A stretch of 64,000 bases of DNA from Selaginella moellendorffii (taxonomy: Eukaryota; Plantae; Lycopodiophyta), in NCBI RefSeq assembly GCF_000143415.4, contig NW_003314314.1, positions 1,059,771 to 1,123,770 on the forward strand, read 5' to 3'. How positions within the stretch are numbered: the stretch's first letter is position 1; every line of letters begins with the position of its first letter. Below the pieces are notes generated by a model. It worked only from the letters and a program-made list of their open reading frames with translations. It did no database searches and was not told where the DNA came from. The position numbers and the translations under genes were made by a program. Shown here one piece after another: positions 59,447-64,000 of this stretch.

Positions 59447-62400
59447 CTGTGTTAGCATTACCTGACTTTGGTAAGGACTTTGAGGTAGAAACGGATGCTT
59501 TGGACTTTGCGTTGGGCACAATTTTGAAGCAAGACAACCATCTAGTAGCATTTTTCTGGAAGAAGTTGGACAAAGCTTAGTGAAAGTGGCCTGCCCATGA
59601 GAAGGAATTATTTGTGGTGGTCAAGGCGCTCAAGGAGCGGCGACACTACCTTGGGAAGCACTTCAAAGTTTACACAGATAATGTGGCAATGAAACACTTC
59701 TTGTCACAACCCGACCTAAGAGGGAAACAAGGTTGATGGGCCAATGCTTTGGCTGAATTTAATTGCAAGATTCTGTTTAAACTTGGGAAGAGCAACATCG
59801 TGGTAAATGCTCTAAGTTGAAAAGCAAGCTTGAAGTTGGCGATATCTAGTGCAACAGCAACCTTTTGGGACGATGTGTGGACAGCGTATGAGAAAGATGG
59901 CCTAGCACAAGAAGTGTTGCTGAGGAACCAAGAGGCGCAAGAAGCTCACCAGAGAGGTGAGTTGCTAACAGAAGAGAAAACAGGTTATGCAGAATGCAAT
60001 GGACTCATTTATTACAAACAAACGAGGGTGTATGTTCCAGAAGGGGAACTAAGGAAGGTACGGACCTCTTGTAGGACACGGCGGAGTGCCCAAGACGATG
60101 GGCTTACTCAAGAGCAAGTATCACTGGCCAGATATGGCTAAGGACATCCAAGACTATGTAAAGACATATCCAACATATCAGCAGGTCAAAACCGTGACTA
60201 AGGCTAGTGGGGGTTTGCTACAAAGCATCCCAATTCTAGATCGTTCATGGAAATGTCTTACGATGGACTTCATCATTGGACTCCCCCCAAGCGAGGGGTT
60301 CGATGCGATATTCATAGTGGTGGACTGGTTTTCAAAAATGGCACATTTCATACCCACCACAATGGAAGTGGATGCAGAAGGTGTGGCAAAGCTGTTCTTC
60401 GAACAAGTGGTTCGAGTGCGGGGAAGGCCAGAAGAGATTATCTCAGATCGAGATAAGATCTTCACCTGTAGGTTCTAGAGAACTCTTTTGGAACAGTATT
60501 GCACCAAGTTGAAATTTAGCATACCCTATCACCCACAGACAGGTATTGGGTATTAAGTCAAGTTTGATAGCACTAACACTTCTTGACAGACAGACAAACA
60601 GAAAGGGTGAATAGGTAGTTGGAGGATGATTTGTGATGCTATGTCTCGGGAGACTAGACCGATTGGGTAAGTCATTTGGGACTTGCAAAAATGTGTTATA
60701 ACAACTCACCACATTCGAGTATTGGGGTGAGTCCATGGGAAGTCATCAATGGCGAGTTATTGAAGGTCTTGTGGAACTCGGCGTGGCCGAGTATTATGGA
60801 GAGTTATCTGTAGTGGAAGCATTCACGGCGGAAAGACTCAACATTTAGAATCTAGTGAGGGATTCCTTGGAACGGAGTCAACAAAGGCAAACCAAGTACG
60901 CGAACAAGAAGTACTGAGATGTAGAGTTCCAAGTTGGGGAGAAGGTGTGGCTGAACACCAAGAACCTTAGGCTACCAAGTGGGATTAGCTGGAAGTTGAC
61001 CCAAAGGCAAAAATGCATGTATTCTTGTAAATGAATTGATCTTGAGTTCCTTAAGCAAGTTCGCAGGGCCTTACGAGATTGAGGCACGAATTGGTAAAGT
61101 GGCTTACCATCTCCGACTTCCTCGAGAGATGGGGAAGATGCACCCAATGTTCCACGTGAATTTACTCAAACCATACTTTGAGGATCCGCTTCACAAGGAC
61201 CAAGTAAGACCTTTACCTGAGGTTATCCAAGGGGAAGAGGAATACGAAGTGGAGGCCATCATCAATGCGTGCAAAAGCAAACAACAAGGACGCGAGGTGA
61301 GAGAGTTCCATGTGAAGTGGAAAGGATTTCCACACTACGAAGCAATATGAGAACCGGAGGAGAACCTAGCGAACGCGTGAGATCTAGTGGAGGAATTTCT
61401 GCAAGGCAGAACTCTATATACTTCTGCAAAGTTCAATTAAAGTATCAATTTGTGAAGTTGAGCAATGGCATATGTTGGGACCTAAAGGCGCACCAAAGGT
61501 AAGCTAATTAGCATGGGTTAGTTAGGTCGACCAAGTGTAAGTAACTACGTCTGACTCCCTACAGGGATGTCGAATACGTAGATATATTTTACGGAGGTTG
61601 GGTTCGAGTCCCAACCCCTTAGTAAAGCAAGGCTGGGTTCAAGTCCTAACCTCATACTAGGGCGTGGTGAGATGAGGGGTATAGGGACATCTATATTCTG
61701 TTGTCATGGGCTCTTGGCCAGAAAAGCTAACTTAGGCATACCGCTAAGTGGGGGGATGCCCTTGGAGACATGGTCAACAAGTTGTAAGATTAAAAAGAGA
61801 TGTTTGATGTGGGCATCGAACTTCTTTTATGGGTGGTGGAGTTGTAAGGAACCAACTCCCCAAGGTGTCGTAGGCTAAAGGATCCCCAAAAGCATGACTG
61901 AAATGATAAAGAGTTCATTGGATGGGACCGAGTCTGAGATCAAGTCCAAGACCGATTCTGAGACCGAGTCTGGGATCGAGTCCGAGGCCGACTCCAAGAC
62001 CGAGTTCGAGATAGAGTCCAAGATCTGAGATCGGGTCTGAGACTGGGTCCAAGGTCGAGTCCGAGACTGAATCCGAAGTCGGGTCCGAAATCGAGTCCGA
62101 GATCGAGTCCGAGACCGAGTCCGAGTACTAATACAGGATGAGGGGTGAAAGCCCAAAGCGTGTGTCTCCAAAGGGGGGGGGGCGGTTCAGGGGGTTCCAA
62201 AAGTATAGTAGGGATAGTGAGGTCCAAGAACCAGTCTTGAAGGAACTCTCCAATGGTGCTTCCAAATTGACTTGAGGTTAAGACTGGGACCGAAGGGCCT
62301 TGGGTGGAAGTGAGCATGGACTCGGGTGGTGCCAGAGGGGCCACCCAAGGAAGTGCTCAAGAGCAGCTCCCACTCCTGGAAGGGAAACCGACTGTGGTGC

Positions 62401-62914
62401 TCCCAGCTCATGTGGAGTGGTGCCCCACTTGAGTACCTTGTGGTTCATTGGTCCTCGCCCTTCCTAGGGGCTTGGGCCTTCCCTTTGGAATGGAAGTGGG
62501 GGGGTAGAGGTACCCATATCGTTATGCCATGGTGTTTCGCCCCAGCGTCCCGAAGCATGTGTTGCACCCAAGACTTGGGATTTAGAGGGTCCTATGATCA
62601 AGTCTTGTTGTACCAAGGGATGTTAGGAATCTAGAGGCTTGGTGTGCTTGGCTGCTTGTGCTTGCGTGGAGTGTAGTTGAACCTTAAGTCTAGTCTAACC
62701 CGGGGAGGGGGATTGGGAGAGATTTGGAATCCGTGGATAGATGGTTAACGCTCTATTGTTTGTGTAGTGAGTAGTTGAAATTAAATAGGACCAAGTAGGA
62801 GCTGGTACAATAGGCGAGAACCTTGGCAAGGGAACTTAGCTAAAAGCCAAGGCAGTGTTAGTCGGATAGATGAGGTAAGCTGGCAAATTGGAAAGGAAAA
62901 ATTTATGGCTTACA

Positions 62915-64000
62915 TAAGATAGAGGGAGGCTCAAAACATGGCTTGCGTTTGCCACTTTTCAGAACACGACCCACTCCAAGGAATTCTTAAGCTACAAGCT
63001 GAGAAAGGAATGGTTGTGCAAAGGAAGATCACCAAAGCTACAATGGCCGACCAGGTAGCATTGCAGCTCATCTAGGAAGCACTGGACGACTGTAAAAGGG
63101 AACTCATTTTGGCATTGGACACTTGCTCCACCAAGCTTCGGAAAAGGCAGGTAGCGCTCAAAGGGGATGTCCTAAAGGAGGTGAGACTGGTGAGTTAAAG
63201 GTGGCGGCGGCCCAAAGAATGGGCCTACACACAAATGACTAGGCCAGATGGACAGGAATATTGGATGAGAGGGAAGAAGAGCTACGAGATAAAGAATATG
63301 CAGCATGGAGTGCTGAACTCTACACCATGGAGGAAAGCTGGGCAATGAATGAGAGGCTTCTCAACAAAGCCTTCTTCAAGGGGATCCGTCCAGTCACCGA
63401 CTCCCCCCAATCTTGGGACTGAGGAAGGACAATGGAGAAGCAATTGAGGACCAACAGGGAATGTAGGGGCTGGCATAGGAGTTCTACCAGAGGCTGTACA
63501 CCACCCAGCCTTGTTCCCAGGGTAGGAGAGACATAGCAAGCAGGGTGCCGTCCTCTCTCCCATGGAGAGTTCCCGACGAGTACCTGGAGATGCTGGTGGC
63601 CAATTTTTCTTTGGAAGACCTCCACTAAGCTCTGGAGCAGCTGAATGGTGACAAGATGCCGGGTATGGATGGTCTCCTTCTAACGTTCTATGAGGAGTAT
63701 TGGGACAACATCGGCTTGATGCTCCTAGAGACATGGCGAGGCACATAGCAAACAGAGGCACTGTCGGGAGAGATACCAGAGGGACAAATTGCATTGATTC
63801 AAAAACATGGAGACCTCCAAGAACTTAGGAACTGCCACCCCATAACCAGGCCCTCTGGGAAGCACGTAATCAGGCGCATTTTGACGGGACACAAATTAGG
63901 GTATCACAGATAGTGGTCGAGTGGTGGAGACTTACACTGGCAGCAGTACGGCTTCACCATGCTATCCTCCGAGACATAGGGAAACTAGAGAGGCTCGAGG
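62915..64000 (+). mobile_element. Degenerate L1-type LINE ORF2 fragment (linker and start of RT)
   Basis: Broken frame reads KAFFKG...EFYQRLYT...KMPGMDGL..TFYEEYWDNIG...GQIALIQKHGDLQELRNCHPIT, matching the L1 K.PG.DG...FY...W and LI.K.GD...NWRPI motifs. Confidence 0.8.

Larger units (their letters stand above)
49405..62914 (+). mobile_element. Older, 5'-truncated, degenerate Ty3/gypsy chromovirus ('family A') split by two later insertions; 3' LTR 61843-62914, PPT 61831-61842
   Basis: Gag zinc knuckle CYNCGEQGHFSREC (~49571), protease [17 protein letters not shown], RNase H, integrase, chromodomain; many stops; the reading frame resumes across both insertions. Confidence 0.92.

Overview
Eukaryotic, very compact land-plant nuclear DNA with many ~45-80 bp GT-AG introns. 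Gene content and intron size suggest a lycophyte such as Selaginella (inference). Three zones. (1) 1-27 kb and 37-44 kb are gene-dense: myosin XI, NHD1 antiporter, NSRP1-like, DUF3598, CASTOR/POLLUX-like channel, GH17 glucanase, METTL22-like, plastid ATP synthase b', PP2A-C, CFL1-like WW protein, AWPM-19, OBERON-like, CYP78A, HIBCH, eIF4A, PPR, LDIP and mitochondrial uL24, often only 12-130 bp apart. (2) 27-37 kb is a rearranged block. The shared CYP78A/HIBCH head-to-head promoter is duplicated around an ~8.3 kb patchwork of gene fragments (LRRC9-like, KEA3, unknown genes) that includes an inverted repeat with ~1.24 kb arms. (3) 44-64 kb is a nest of chromodomain-bearing Ty3/gypsy LTR retrotransposons next to an L1 LINE fragment. 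Main finding: this chromovirus family carries short host-like spliceosomal introns inside the integrase coding region. Removing the 47 and 52 bp inserts, present in two independent copies, exactly rebuilds the HPQTDGQTE and KL..RFAGPY motifs. A probable third 55 bp intron joins gag in frame to pol, and the 3' untranslated region has tandem tRNA T-arm-like hairpins. All family assignments are from recognition of motifs; no searches were run.
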